Shown one piece after another: positions 40,406 through 49,459 of a stretch of 64,000 nucleotides of DNA. Below the pieces are notes generated by a model. That model saw nothing but the letters and a program-made list of their open reading frames with translations, did not search any database and had not been told where the DNA came from. The position numbers and the translations under genes were made by a program. The DNA is taken from the IMG/VR virus record IMGVR_UViG_3300029310_000398, positions 1-64,000 of that record; one strand, 5' to 3'. The DNA comes from a virus. Position 1 is the stretch's first letter. Each line of letters begins with the position of its first letter.

Positions 40406-40639
40406 ATGCTTGAAAAACTTGTCAAAATATTTGAAATTGTAAGGGACTGGGTTCTTGCGCTTACGCCTTCGCAAATTGTGAGTCTGCTGGTTCTGATTGC
40501 CGCCCTGTATGTGGCACGTAAGGTCGTCAGGAAGGGACTGTCTATTGCACTGACCATCGTTGCAGTGCTGGCTGGTCTGTATTTCCTCGTACCCAGCATC
40601 TTCTATACAATCATCGGCTGGCTCACCACAATTTTCTAA
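40406..40639 (+). CDS. small membrane protein (77 aa)
   Basis: GGAGGTG lies 8 nt before ATG 40406. Two hydrophobic helices. Confidence 0.65.
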   Translation: MLEKLVKIFEIVRDWVLALTPSQIVSLLVLIAALYVARKVVRKGLSIALTIVAVLAGLYFLVPSIFYTIIGWLTTIF

Positions 40640-40670
40640 ACTTCAACCAACTACTGAAAGGACAATTACT

Positions 40671-41108
40671 ATGAGCAGCTATGAAAAATTTAAGACGGTG
40701 TGGACCGTAGGCAACATCATCGTTATCTACCTCCTCAATGCATTCATTTTGAAGAAGGCGGGGTATCCCATCTGGGCTGGCTTCACGCCGATTTACAACA
40801 TCTTCTGCCTTTTCTATTCCACTTACGGACATACCCGTTACGTATGGCTGATGCTGGTGCCTATCGTCAACATCGTCCTTACCATCGTAACGTGGGTGAA
40901 GTTCGTATCCATGTTTGGTGTGGACTATCAGGGGTTTACCAGCTATCACAGACCGAAAATGGTGTTCTGGATGGCTCTGTTCCCTGCTATCGTCTATGCG
41001 ATTTTGGCTTTTGACCCCACAGAGTACAAAGGCCCCTACCCCGGCCCTGACCCCTTTAAGAAAAATCCTATTCCCGCCGCTGACAACAACGGTGGTGCGA
41101 ATATGTAA
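40671..41108 (+). CDS. polytopic small membrane protein (145 aa)
   Basis: AAAGGACAATTACT precedes ATG 40671. Three to four hydrophobic segments. KKAGYPIWAGFTPIYNIF resembles DUF5684-type proteins (weak recall). Confidence 0.65.
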   Translation: MSSYEKFKTVWTVGNIIVIYLLNAFILKKAGYPIWAGFTPIYNIFCLFYSTYGHTRYVWLMLVPIVNIVLTIVTWVKFVSMFGVDYQGFTSYHRPKMVFWMALFPAIVYAILAFDPTEYKGPYPGPDPFKKNPIPAADNNGGANM

Positions 41109-41137
41109 AACCACAGAAAGAAAGGAAGTAGATACCC

Positions 41138-42631
41138 GTGGCACGAGATAACACGTGGACTTTCACTGCAGAGGAAGTTGCACAAATCACCAAGTTGCCC
41201 AAGCGTCAGTTCAAGCTGGGCGCCGGCAACATCTGCACCGGATATTTCGATGATGCCAACAGTCGCTTCTATGAGTGCGACGATAACGGTAAGCTGACCG
41301 GACGTGTAGGCAGCGCAAAGAAGCAGACGACCATCGTTGTACCCGCAACCAATGGAGGAGATGACCCGCCCCCTGTTCCCCCTGAAAAGAAGGAACCTCC
41401 CAAGAAAGAGCCCGCAAAGAAGCCTGAACCTCCGAAGCCTGAACCGACACCTCCCCCCTCAGGTACGGCTGACGCTCCCGACTGGCGGGAGCTGAAGCGG
41501 CAGGAGGAGGAACGCCTGAAAGCCGAGAAGCAGCGGGAACGTGAGGAAAAGAAAAAGCGCAAGCCCGTCGTGTCCGCCAGTGATGCTGCTGGAACCAGTA
41601 TGGTGCCTGTAAGCCCGTTCAAGCGGTTTATGAAAAAGGTCGTCCTGCCCATCGTGGCCGTGGTCGCCTGCGGCGCTATTGCTTTCTGTGTATATTCCAT
41701 TCTGGCAAACCGCTCTACGCCCATCGGTTATCAGTACCCCACAGTGCTTCAGCGTTCCGATGGTACGACTGTTACCACGTCTTACGTACACGGCGACAGT
41801 GTTCAGGTCATTCAGGTCACGGACGATGTCCTGCCGGGGACGCAGTTCTCCAAGGACAATCTGGCCGTGGCTACCATTCCCGCTGACGTCTACAACTGTG
41901 CTGTAGCTATCGGCTCCAAGTTGTGCAACGTGGATATGGCGAACACAGTCGTAGGAAAGTATGCCACCGAGTACATCGGCGCAGGTCAAATCCTTCGTAT
42001 CGACCAGTTCAGCGTCAACAGCACTACAGGAGCTTCCGTTGCTGCAAATCCTTGGCTGGCTGAGGATGGCGAGGATGTCCGCGATTACCTGTGGGAAGAT
42101 GATACCAGCTTCCTGATGTTCGGTCGTGAGGCGGTCATCACTATCACCCGCACTGTGGACGATAACAACGCCGCTCTCCGCGAGGAGCTGTATGCAGATG
42201 ACCCCACTATCGAGTACACCATCAGCGAGAAAGACGAGCATAATCGTCGGCATGAGACCATCAAGCTGAACGCTGTTGTCAGTGACCTCTTGAACTCCGA
42301 CGGCACCCTGTTGTATGATGTATACGCCAAGTTGGGTGCTATCCCGCAGGGCGAACTGAGCCAGTATGTGAAGAACCATGTCAGTGTTGCAAAGATGGTT
42401 CCCACCATCGTGCGCTTCCGCATGACAGAGAAGGCTGCCACCGTGTATGATGCAGCAATGGTCACGGGCGCTGATGTGACGCTCACCAGCGGCACAGTAA
42501 CGACCGTGGAGCTGCTGGAGGAACTGGAAGCCAACACTCCCGAACGTGCCGCACAGCTCAACATCTGCCAGTTCGTAGACCGTATCCTCTGCGGAGATAA
42601 CACCGTACAGAACACTGACCCTGTGCAGTAA
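41138..42631 (+). CDS. single-pass membrane protein (497 aa) with a P/K/E-rich linker
   Basis: GTG start after AAAGGAAG. PPPVPPEKKEPPKKEPAKKPEPPKPEPTPPP linker, TM helix VVLPIVAVVACGAIAFCVYSIL, large C-terminal ectodomain. Confidence 0.7.
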   Translation: MARDNTWTFTAEEVAQITKLPKRQFKLGAGNICTGYFDDANSRFYECDDNGKLTGRVGSAKKQTTIVVPATNGGDDPPPVPPEKKEPPKKEPAKKPEPPKPEPTPPPSGTADAPDWRELKRQEEERLKAEKQREREEKKKRKPVVSASDAAGTSMVPVSPFKRFMKKVVLPIVAVVACGAIAFCVYSILANRSTPIGYQYPTVLQRSDGTTVTTSYVHGDSVQVIQVTDDVLPGTQFSKDNLAVATIPADVYNCAVAIGSKLCNVDMANTVVGKYATEYIGAGQILRIDQFSVNSTTGASVAANPWLAEDGEDVRDYLWEDDTSFLMFGREAVITITRTVDDNNAALREELYADDPTIEYTISEKDEHNRRHETIKLNAVVSDLLNSDGTLLYDVYAKLGAIPQGELSQYVKNHVSVAKMVPTIVRFRMTEKAATVYDAAMVTGADVTLTSGTVTTVELLEELEANTPERAAQLNICQFVDRILCGDNTVQNTDPVQ

Positions 42632-42653
42632 AAGTTTTGAGGAGGACAAAAAC

Positions 42654-43343
42654 ATGAAAAAGTATCTTGTCTTGGTGCTGGCTGCGCTGATGCTGCTGAC
42701 TATCGCCGGCTGCGGAAAGAAGAACGGAGACAATCCCGCTGACGACCCGAAGTACAATCTGGAAAATCCAGAACCTATTCCCGATGGTATGGAGGATACC
42801 AAGGGCTATATCGGTGATGGAAAGTACCGCAACGACGTGAAGCTGACCTGCACCCTGCAGTCTGGCTACGAGGTCACGCTGGGCATGGGCGACAAGGACG
42901 CAGGTTCCAACGCCGTCTACCTGAACCCCACCTGTTCCAACCCCAACGGCGCGGTTTTCTATATCGAAGCCGAGCGCATGATGTTCCCTCAGTATTCTAC
43001 CCCGATGGAACTCGCCACTGTTAAGCTGGCCGACTTCCCCGCCATGGATACCAACAGCATCGTTGCTTTCCAGTGGTATGAAGACATCATGGGTGTGGAT
43101 GCCGTCTATCACGACGTAGATAACTACGGCGTGGCATGGCAGGACTCCAGCCTTGTGGATGGCGACTCCGGTTCTGAAACGCTGACCATCAAGGTCTGCG
43201 ATAAGGTTACTGGCGAAGAGCTGGGAACAGTCGTTGCCCACATCGACTATGATGCTGAGAATGACATCTACTTCCTCGCCGATATGAGCGAGGTCATCGA
43301 AAACGCCGACGGTGCTGTTGACACCACAGTTCCTGCGACATAA
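42654..43343 (+). CDS. lipoprotein (229 aa)
   Basis: GAGGAGGACAAAAAC precedes the ATG. Signal peptide with lipobox LLTIAGC. Confidence 0.8.
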   Translation: MKKYLVLVLAALMLLTIAGCGKKNGDNPADDPKYNLENPEPIPDGMEDTKGYIGDGKYRNDVKLTCTLQSGYEVTLGMGDKDAGSNAVYLNPTCSNPNGAVFYIEAERMMFPQYSTPMELATVKLADFPAMDTNSIVAFQWYEDIMGVDAVYHDVDNYGVAWQDSSLVDGDSGSETLTIKVCDKVTGEELGTVVAHIDYDAENDIYFLADMSEVIENADGAVDTTVPAT

Positions 43344-43362
43344 AAAAGAAAGGAGAACAAAT

Positions 43363-43815
43363 ATGCCCGCTATTATCAGTGATTCCAAGCAGCAGCAGGC
43401 ACTTCAGCAGGTCATGGATGGCCTGAAAGCTGTTTCCGACATCAATACTATGCTGGATATTGCCGCGAAGGATAACGCCTTTACAGTGTCCGCAAAGAGC
43501 CGCAAGAAGCCCACAATCGTCGTTGATGAACAGGCTGCCACCCGTATTCAGGGCGCTATTAAGGCGTACCGCGATAAGATGGTCAAGAAGATTCGTGATA
43601 CAGCCGACAAACAGCGTATTGCTTTGTCCGATGAGGACGAGGCAATCCTCGACTGGGGCGTTGGTACTTCCGCAGCAGAACCCGTCGAGGACACCGCCGA
43701 GGCTTCCGATGCCGATGAGGACGATACCGCTGACGGCGAATCCGCAGAGGAAATCGCGGAAGCCGATGAACCTACAGGGACTCCCGAAAACGCCAATCCC
43801 TACACACTGTATTAA
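43363..43815 (+). CDS. hypothetical protein (150 aa) with a highly acidic tail
   Basis: GAAAGGAGAACAAAT precedes ATG 43363. C-terminal EPVEDTAEASDADEDDTADGESAEEIAEADEP. Confidence 0.7.
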   Translation: MPAIISDSKQQQALQQVMDGLKAVSDINTMLDIAAKDNAFTVSAKSRKKPTIVVDEQAATRIQGAIKAYRDKMVKKIRDTADKQRIALSDEDEAILDWGVGTSAAEPVEDTAEASDADEDDTADGESAEEIAEADEPTGTPENANPYTLY

Positions 43816-43825
43816 GCCAAATCGG

Positions 43826-43858
43826 AAGCCCTCGCCTATCGGCGGGGGCTTTTCTTTT
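43826..43858 (+). terminator. intrinsic terminator
   Basis: AAGCCCTCGCC-TATC-GGCGGGGGCTT followed by TTCTTTT. Confidence 0.75.
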
Positions 43859-43865
43859 ATATGCT

Positions 43866-43893
43866 GAAGAAAGCCGGCCCTTTAGGGCCGGCT
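43866..43893 (-). terminator. intrinsic terminator of the - strand gene 43896-44432
   Basis: AGCCGGCCC-TTTA-GGGCCGGCT stem, followed on the - strand by TTTCTTC. Confidence 0.7.
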
Positions 43894-43895
43894 GT

Positions 43896-44432
43896 TTAGT
43901 TATCACGAGAGTTCAGTTCCGCTTTGACTTCCTCGGTATCCTTGGCATCCGCAGGAACGTAAATTTCCTGATAGGCCAGAAGGCGCGTAGCATCTTTGGC
44001 GCGGACGTAGATGGTATATTTGAAGCCGGGGAACAGGTCTTTGTTCTTCCGGTCAGGAAGATTGAACACATGAGCTTCCTGTTCCTCGTCCTCTCCAGTT
44101 ACAAAGATGACTTCCTTGCTGTCACGCGGCCAATTCCGCGACCGCACAGAACGGCACGTAGCCACATGGCAGATGATGTCGCCGTTTTCCCATTCTGTTC
44201 GCAGATGCAGTGCGGTGTAGACCACATATGCTGCCAGCAGAAGAATGGCACAGGCAAAAGGAATCATGGATGCAAAGTGTGTTTTTTGAAGGACGAGGGT
44301 CGCAATCAGAATGACTACAATAGCTCCAGCCATCAACAGGCCTTTGGTCGTCATCTGCTGCAGAGCTGCGGGATAAGGGCGTTCTTCGTCGAGGTGCTCG
44401 TCATAATTGCACACGGAGTTTTTGTCGGACAT
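43896..44432 (-). CDS. membrane protein (178 aa)
   Basis: The start overlaps the upstream stop (TAATG). Two TM helices, then a soluble domain. Confidence 0.7.
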   Translation of the reverse strand: MSDKNSVCNYDEHLDEERPYPAALQQMTTKGLLMAGAIVVILIATLVLQKTHFASMIPFACAILLLAAYVVYTALHLRTEWENGDIICHVATCRSVRSRNWPRDSKEVIFVTGEDEEQEAHVFNLPDRKNKDLFPGFKYTIYVRAKDATRLLAYQEIYVPADAKDTEEVKAELNSRDN

Positions 44433-45082
44433 TATGCATCACCTCCAATACGAGACCGCGAGGGTGCGATACGGCGTCCGCGATAGAACAGACGGGTATT
44501 CGCTTCACGACCAGTCACGGAGCCAATGACCAAGGCCATTTCCTCAGGAGTAGCCATTCCATTTGCCATGTTGCAGGATGCAAACGCAACCGCCATCATC
44601 TTCTCCACAGGAACGTCGATAACCGCCGCAACTGCCTTTGCACGGGACTGGGGCATCTCCTTATAGGGGTATGTGGAGAACAAATACTGAGCAAGGCCCT
44701 GCACGCCTGCAAGCTGCTCCAGATAATCCAGCGTGACTCCCTCCTTGTTCAGATAATCCGCAATGAGGGGATATCCTTCGCTGAAATACCATGAGTGAGC
44801 GCCACGAATGTTGTTGCAGAGCATCGTAACATCGGACAGGGAAATTCCAGTTGCCTCCGCAGCAGAGGTGACAGATGAATCTTTGTTGGTGGCAAAGTAA
44901 CTGATGACAGCACGTACCTGCTCCTCATCCAGAACAGGACGGGGATATCGCCTTGCCTTCTCGTTGGGAAAGGGAATTTTCTGCAGGTGCAGATACACCT
45001 GCTGGCGAGAGATGTTGAGATTTTCGGCAATCTCCTGAACAGAGTAGCCGTTCCACCTCATAAGACCTACATAGGTCGCCAT
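44432..45082 (-). CDS. HTH DNA-binding protein (216 aa)
   Basis: ATG 45082 opens MATYVGLMRWNGYSVQEIAENLNISRQQVYLHLQKI, a sigma-region-4/resolvase-type HTH. The 89 extra N-terminal codons in the track ORF have no SD and overlap ydjM. The SD at 45082 is weak. Confidence 0.6.
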   Translation of the reverse strand: MATYVGLMRWNGYSVQEIAENLNISRQQVYLHLQKIPFPNEKARRYPRPVLDEEQVRAVISYFATNKDSSVTSAAEATGISLSDVTMLCNNIRGAHSWYFSEGYPLIADYLNKEGVTLDYLEQLAGVQGLAQYLFSTYPYKEMPQSRAKAVAAVIDVPVEKMMAVAFASCNMANGMATPEEMALVIGSVTGREANTRLFYRGRRIAPSRSRIGGDA

Positions 45083-45131
45083 GCGCTCGCCCCACTGCAC
45101 GTTTTCTGACTTACGTGTATCATTTGTTGAC

Positions 45132-45680
45132 TCACACAAATCTAATCGCCTCCTTGAAAAAATCGCCGGACTCGTAGACAAAACTGACAGTACAGAGAAT
45201 GGCAACACACGCCAAAATGAACGAGAAAGTATGTCCAGATGCACCATCGGTCTTGATGCCGAAAATCCAGAAGCGGTGGGAAATCGGCCAAAGAAGAGGA
45301 ACGCCGGCTTTGTTGAAAAGGTCGAGCAAGATATGAGTTGCTCCACCAATTACAAACGCGAGGATATAGGGCAGCCATTCAATGCCCAGAAACAGCCTCA
45401 GGGCTGCGTACAAGGCCGCCCAAATGAAAGGAGCATGAGTGATACCCCTATGCCCAAAGAGGGCGTTTACGGCAGCGGAGACGGGTTTATTCTTACGCCC
45501 CGCCTTGCTGCACGGAAGGTCGATGTCAGGCGCGAGAGAACCTGCCATGGACAGACCAACCACTCCGAGGGCCGGAAGCAATCCCTCCGGTGCCGGAAGC
45601 TCGAACAGTCCGTTGATTTGTGCCTGCACAAGCAGCAGGCCAGCCGTGTAACCGGCAAAAGTATGGGTTCGCCCGTCCAT
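45132..45680 (-). CDS. YdjM-family membrane-bound metal-dependent hydrolase (182 aa)
   Basis: GGAGGTGAACT precedes the ATG. HRGITHAP and GGATHILLD motifs with several TM helices are typical of DUF457/YdjM (recall only). Confidence 0.7.
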   Translation of the reverse strand: MDGRTHTFAGYTAGLLLVQAQINGLFELPAPEGLLPALGVVGLSMAGSLAPDIDLPCSKAGRKNKPVSAAVNALFGHRGITHAPFIWAALYAALRLFLGIEWLPYILAFVIGGATHILLDLFNKAGVPLLWPISHRFWIFGIKTDGASGHTFSFILACVAILCTVSFVYESGDFFKEAIRFV

Positions 45681-45716
45681 AGTTCACCTCCTATAAAAGT
45701 GGACGGGGTACAGCAC

Positions 45717-45778
45717 AATAACAAGAATCTTGTTATTCCTATCGAAAATTGCAGAAAAATAACAAGCATCTTGAACAA
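45717..45778. promoter_or_regulatory. two operator-like palindromes in the ydjM 5' region
   Basis: Perfect 21-bp AATAACAAGA-A-TCTTGTTATT at 45717-45737 and an imperfect second copy AATAACAAGCATCTTGAACAA at 45758-45778. Both lie between the promoter and the ATG. Confidence 0.55.
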
Positions 45779-45814
45779 ATGTTCTGGCGAATTTTTGTTA
45801 ATTGGAACACTTGT

Positions 45815-45844
45815 ACTATACCACAAAGTATGATAGAATGTCAA
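45815..45844 (-). promoter_or_regulatory. promoter upstream of ydjM
   Basis: On the - strand: TTGACA (45844-45839), 18-nt spacer ending TGG, TATAGT (45820-45815). Confidence 0.65.
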
Positions 45845-45881
45845 TCACGATATGACGATACCGCATTGATAGGAACGCAGA

Positions 45882-48158
45882 TTACCTACGACCGGAACGC
45901 CGGCCACGAGAGCTGCTGCGCGATGTGCTGCGGCTACCGGAACGGCTGCCGCTGCCAGAACGCGAGGACGTACCTGCAGGCTTGGTATTGTTGAACTGAA
46001 GCGTGAAGTTCGGTCCCCAATCGCTGCGCTGGCTATCATCCATCACGAGGTCTGCGGCGAACGTGCCGCCGTCCTTCTTGGTCAGCTTCGTCTTGTGGAC
46101 GGGCTTGCCGTCGAGAAAGTTCTTGACATCCTTCTCGGTAAAGGTAATGTGCTGGAACAGTGAAGGTTTGGGCTTCTTCCAGATGGTAAACTTACAACCG
46201 TTCTTCCAGTTGGAGCAACCGAAGCCAATCTTTCCTTCGATGATGTTCCCGCCACAGCGGGGACACACACCAATCGGTGTATAGCCCTTTCGAGTAGGGA
46301 TAATGCTGGGGTCAACTTTCGGATGCGGCTGCTGCAAGAAATCCTTGAGCATAGCGAGAACGTTCTGTTCCAGCTTTTCCGGTGTTGCCTTCCCCTCATG
46401 TATCTCTTCCTGAATGACCCACCACAAAGCGGTAAGGTCAGGACCACGAAGAGCGTCAGGGAGAATGCGATACAGCTCGCGTCCGAGAGGTGTCGAGATA
46501 AGGGACTTCCCTTTCTCCTGTAAGAAACCTCTGGAGATAAGTCCGGAGATTATCTGGTCGCGGGTAGCACTGGTTCCAATGGCGCCGTTATTTTCCTCCA
46601 CGTCAGCATCCTTCTTGAGAAGCGTGCTTTTGATGAAAGGGTCGGTCACATATTTGGCGATACGGCTCATGTCCTTTGCCAATGTGTACTGGGTATAGCG
46701 AGGAGGCGGATTGGTCTCCTTCTCCAAAACCTGAGCATCGGAAACAAAGGCGTCGTAGCTGCCGGCAGGTATCATACTCAATGCCGTAGGTGTATCAACA
46801 CCCTCGCGCATCATCACCAGATAACCGGGCTTCAGGACGCCAGTGCTGGAAGCCTCCAATGTGGCGCCGTCCGGCAGGGGAACGGCCAGCTTTGTAGTTT
46901 CCTTCTCGGCAGGCGGGAAAAACTGGATAAGGTAATACTTGCAGATTGCAAGATATACGTTCCGTTCCCTCTCTGTCATCTTATTGAGGTCGAGGCTCAC
47001 ATTCTGGGGGATGATACCGAAATGGGCTTCAATTTTGGAGTCATCAAAGCAGCGGCCCTTCGTCTTGAAATCCATGCCTTGAATGGGATTGAAGTTGCCC
47101 TTCCCTACCGTGTTGATGTTTGCGATGACAGTACGGGACGTGGCAGGTGCTTCCGCGAAGTAGTTTTCGGGGAGGTAGCGCACCTGAGTACGGTTGTAGG
47201 TAATGGCGTTATAGTTATCACGCAAGGACTGTGTGATTTCCATTGTGTCATCCAGCTTATAGCCAAAATTCTTCAGGCAGTAGCCCTGCAGCTCCAGCAT
47301 ATCGAATGGCAGAGGCGGCTGCTCCTTGGAGACCTTCTTCGTGATGGTCGCTCCGGAGAACTGCTTTCCCGCAACCATCGCAGCCTTGCTCTCTGCGTAA
47401 GGCTTATCCAAGATAAGCCCGTCGGTCAGATGAGGGTCATCCTTCTTCGGCTTGTACTTTGCTTCAATGACTTTACCCGCAACGGAGGTGTTTGCCATGA
47501 CTTCATAGTATTTCGTCTTTACGTGGTTCTCAATGAGCTTATCACGCTCTACCACGAGCCCCAGCGTCGGGGACTGCACACGGCCAACCGTCAGCGAAGC
47601 ATTATTGACCAAAGAATAATAGCGGCTCATATTGACGCCAACCATCAGGTCCGCAACGCTGCGGGCATAGGCAGACCACCCCATGTTCTCAAAGGAACGG
47701 TTATCTTTGAGGTTATTGAGCGCACGCTGCAACGCAGGGATAGAAGTGTCGCCTGTCGCCAGACGGTAGACAGGCCCACGATAGTGATGCCAGCGAAGCA
47801 GTTCATCAATAAGGAGCTGTCCCTCTTCGTCAGGGTCGCCGGCGTGTATAACACAGCTACACTGTTTTAGCAGCTCGCCAATGCGGGTAACGCGCTCATT
47901 GGGGTTCACTCCCCTTCCATTGTATTCTTTGATTTTGGTCTGCCAGTTAGGAAAGTAAATGGGCAGTGCAGACAAATCCCATTTCCCCAGAGTGGTATCG
48001 TAATCTTCAGGTTCTTTCAAAGACAAAAGGTGGCCCTGAGAACACACAATGACGTAATCACCTTTTACGGTCGCTCCACGGTCAGAACGTGCCGTGCCGG
48101 GGATAGCTTGAGCAATCAAATCTCCAAGCTGTTTTTTCTCAGCAAGTATTAGTTTAAT
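45882..48158 (-). CDS. topB: DNA topoisomerase III (type IA), about 758 aa, with proposed ATT start
   Basis: Type IA architecture: Toprim opening (I)KLILAEKKQLGDLIAQAIPG, then CSQGHLLSL and a long core, C-terminal zinc ribbon CPRCGG...GCSNWKNGC, and an S/R-rich tail. The first canonical start (TTG 48119) would delete the Toprim LILAEK strand. Confidence 0.85.
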   Translation of the reverse strand: MKLILAEKKQLGDLIAQAIPGTARSDRGATVKGDYVIVCSQGHLLSLKEPEDYDTTLGKWDLSALPIYFPNWQTKIKEYNGRGVNPNERVTRIGELLKQCSCVIHAGDPDEEGQLLIDELLRWHHYRGPVYRLATGDTSIPALQRALNNLKDNRSFENMGWSAYARSVADLMVGVNMSRYYSLVNNASLTVGRVQSPTLGLVVERDKLIENHVKTKYYEVMANTSVAGKVIEAKYKPKKDDPHLTDGLILDKPYAESKAAMVAGKQFSGATITKKVSKEQPPLPFDMLELQGYCLKNFGYKLDDTMEITQSLRDNYNAITYNRTQVRYLPENYFAEAPATSRTVIANINTVGKGNFNPIQGMDFKTKGRCFDDSKIEAHFGIIPQNVSLDLNKMTERERNVYLAICKYYLIQFFPPAEKETTKLAVPLPDGATLEASSTGVLKPGYLVMMREGVDTPTALSMIPAGSYDAFVSDAQVLEKETNPPPRYTQYTLAKDMSRIAKYVTDPFIKSTLLKKDADVEENNGAIGTSATRDQIISGLISRGFLQEKGKSLISTPLGRELYRILPDALRGPDLTALWWVIQEEIHEGKATPEKLEQNVLAMLKDFLQQPHPKVDPSIIPTRKGYTPIGVCPRCGGNIIEGKIGFGCSNWKNGCKFTIWKKPKPSLFQHITFTEKDVKNFLDGKPVHKTKLTKKDGGTFAADLVMDDSQRSDWGPNFTLQFNNTKPAGTSSRSGSGSRSGSRSTSRSSSRGRRSGRR

Positions 48159-48223
48159 GTGGAAACACGACCTTTCCTTGGAAATGATGAAATCTGTCGT
48201 TTTTTATTCCCGTTTATAACTCT

Positions 48224-48252
48224 ATACTATCATGTGTATAAAATTTTGTCAA
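48224..48252 (-). promoter_or_regulatory. promoter of topB
   Basis: On the - strand: TTGACA (48252-48247), 17-nt spacer, TAGTAT (48229-48224). Confidence 0.65.
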
Positions 48253-48536
48253 GTTCGCAAAGAGGTGATGTCTATATCTTGTATGTGGAAGGTGAACATG
48301 ATAGAAGGACAAATTGGAAGTATTTGGAAACATTAGAATTGTAACCTTTCTGCGTAAAACTTTGTGAAAATCGGACAAAATTAACTGTTTTCAGCAGTAT
48401 ATTCTGCTATAGATTGCTTTCGCAATAAGACACATTGCACAAAATAATTTCACAATTATCCGTCAAAATGACGGTAAATTTTGCACAAAAGAGCATGAAA
48501 ACCGCAAAATCAACGAACGCTTAATACAGGAGCCCC

Positions 48537-48565
48537 TTGACATTTTCCTACATCTGTGCTACACT
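48537..48565 (+). promoter_or_regulatory. promoter driving a leader of about 320 nt before the 48890 gene
   Basis: TTGACA 48537-48542, 17-nt spacer ending TGc, TACACT 48560-48565. Confidence 0.6.
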
Positions 48566-48889
48566 CAAGCCGTAATCTAAACGATGCTGGTGGGGAAGTA
48601 CCACTGCCCCGAAACTGGTCGAGTTTAGGTTCAATAAAGTGAAACACATAAGTGCTGGTAGAGACCTGTCAAAGTCCATCTGCCGCAAAAAGCACTCACT
48701 ATCTCTTTTGCGGCTAAGGATTTAATCAAGGGGATATCAGCGCTATTTTTTGTGCTTCATTTCCGGTTTCTCTCTCCCTACGAAAGATTGAAACCGAGTT
48801 CGAATGCCAGTGGAATTGGCATCGTTTATATGGCAGAAAGGTATAAAACAAGCGCTCAGGTTTACAGGAAAAGAGGAGGTCGGTAACAT

Positions 48890-49459
48890 ATGGCGGCGCA
48901 GCACGGCAGCACTAACAAGCATGGAAGCAGCAACAAAAAAGGCCCCACCGAAGGGGGCAAAATCGACGACCTAATTGAAGATTTCCTCAAATATTTGAGG
49001 TGCGAAGACAACGAAGTAGTTCGCAAATCAGTAGAGAAAGCGGTGCAGGACCCTCTCTCCCTGATGGACATGATGATAAGCGTCATGGAATTTATGGGAG
49101 ACGACCCCGACACAGCAAAACACCTTCTCGACATGGCAGAGCTCCGGCTCGCCACGTTGGTGAAAAATGCGGAAATATACGGTGTCATTGCCAAGCATGA
49201 GCTCACCCCTGAAGAAAAATGCCTTAATCACGCATTCACAGCCAGACAGGTTCTCTCGATGTGGCGCTACAGGAAGGAGCACCTCATCATCACGCCGATT
49301 GACCGCATTTACACCTGCATGGAGGACTTCATCACCGATGTGGCGAACGATAACGACTTCTCCCGTCAGAAGGCCAGTGCGGTCATTCAACAGAACGAGG
49401 CTGGTTACTATCAGTTCGTCGAGGGCATCGGACTTATCGTTTACGCCAAGGACGACTAA
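48890..49459 (+). CDS. hypothetical protein (189 aa)
   Basis: GAGGAGG lies 10 nt before the ATG. No motif recognised. Confidence 0.75.
   Translation: MAAQHGSTNKHGSSNKKGPTEGGKIDDLIEDFLKYLRCEDNEVVRKSVEKAVQDPLSLMDMMISVMEFMGDDPDTAKHLLDMAELRLATLVKNAEIYGVIAKHELTPEEKCLNHAFTARQVLSMWRYRKEHLIITPIDRIYTCMEDFITDVANDNDFSRQKASAVIQQNEAGYYQFVEGIGLIVYAKDD

Noticed and set aside
45717-45737. LexA (Cheo) box upstream of ydjM
   Set aside because: The palindrome AATAACAAGAATCTTGTTATT does not fit CGAAC-N4-GTTCG spacing. I kept it only as a generic operator candidate.
48159-48344. 61-aa + strand ORF next to topB
   Set aside because: It overlaps the topB start region and promoter, has no SD, and has an odd composition. 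It is most likely non-coding regulatory DNA.
48566-48889. T-box or known riboswitch in the long leader
   Set aside because: I see no T-box consensus (AGGGUGGNACCGCG), no specifier-loop architecture, and no match to riboswitch cores I can recall. It is reported only as an unclassified structured leader.
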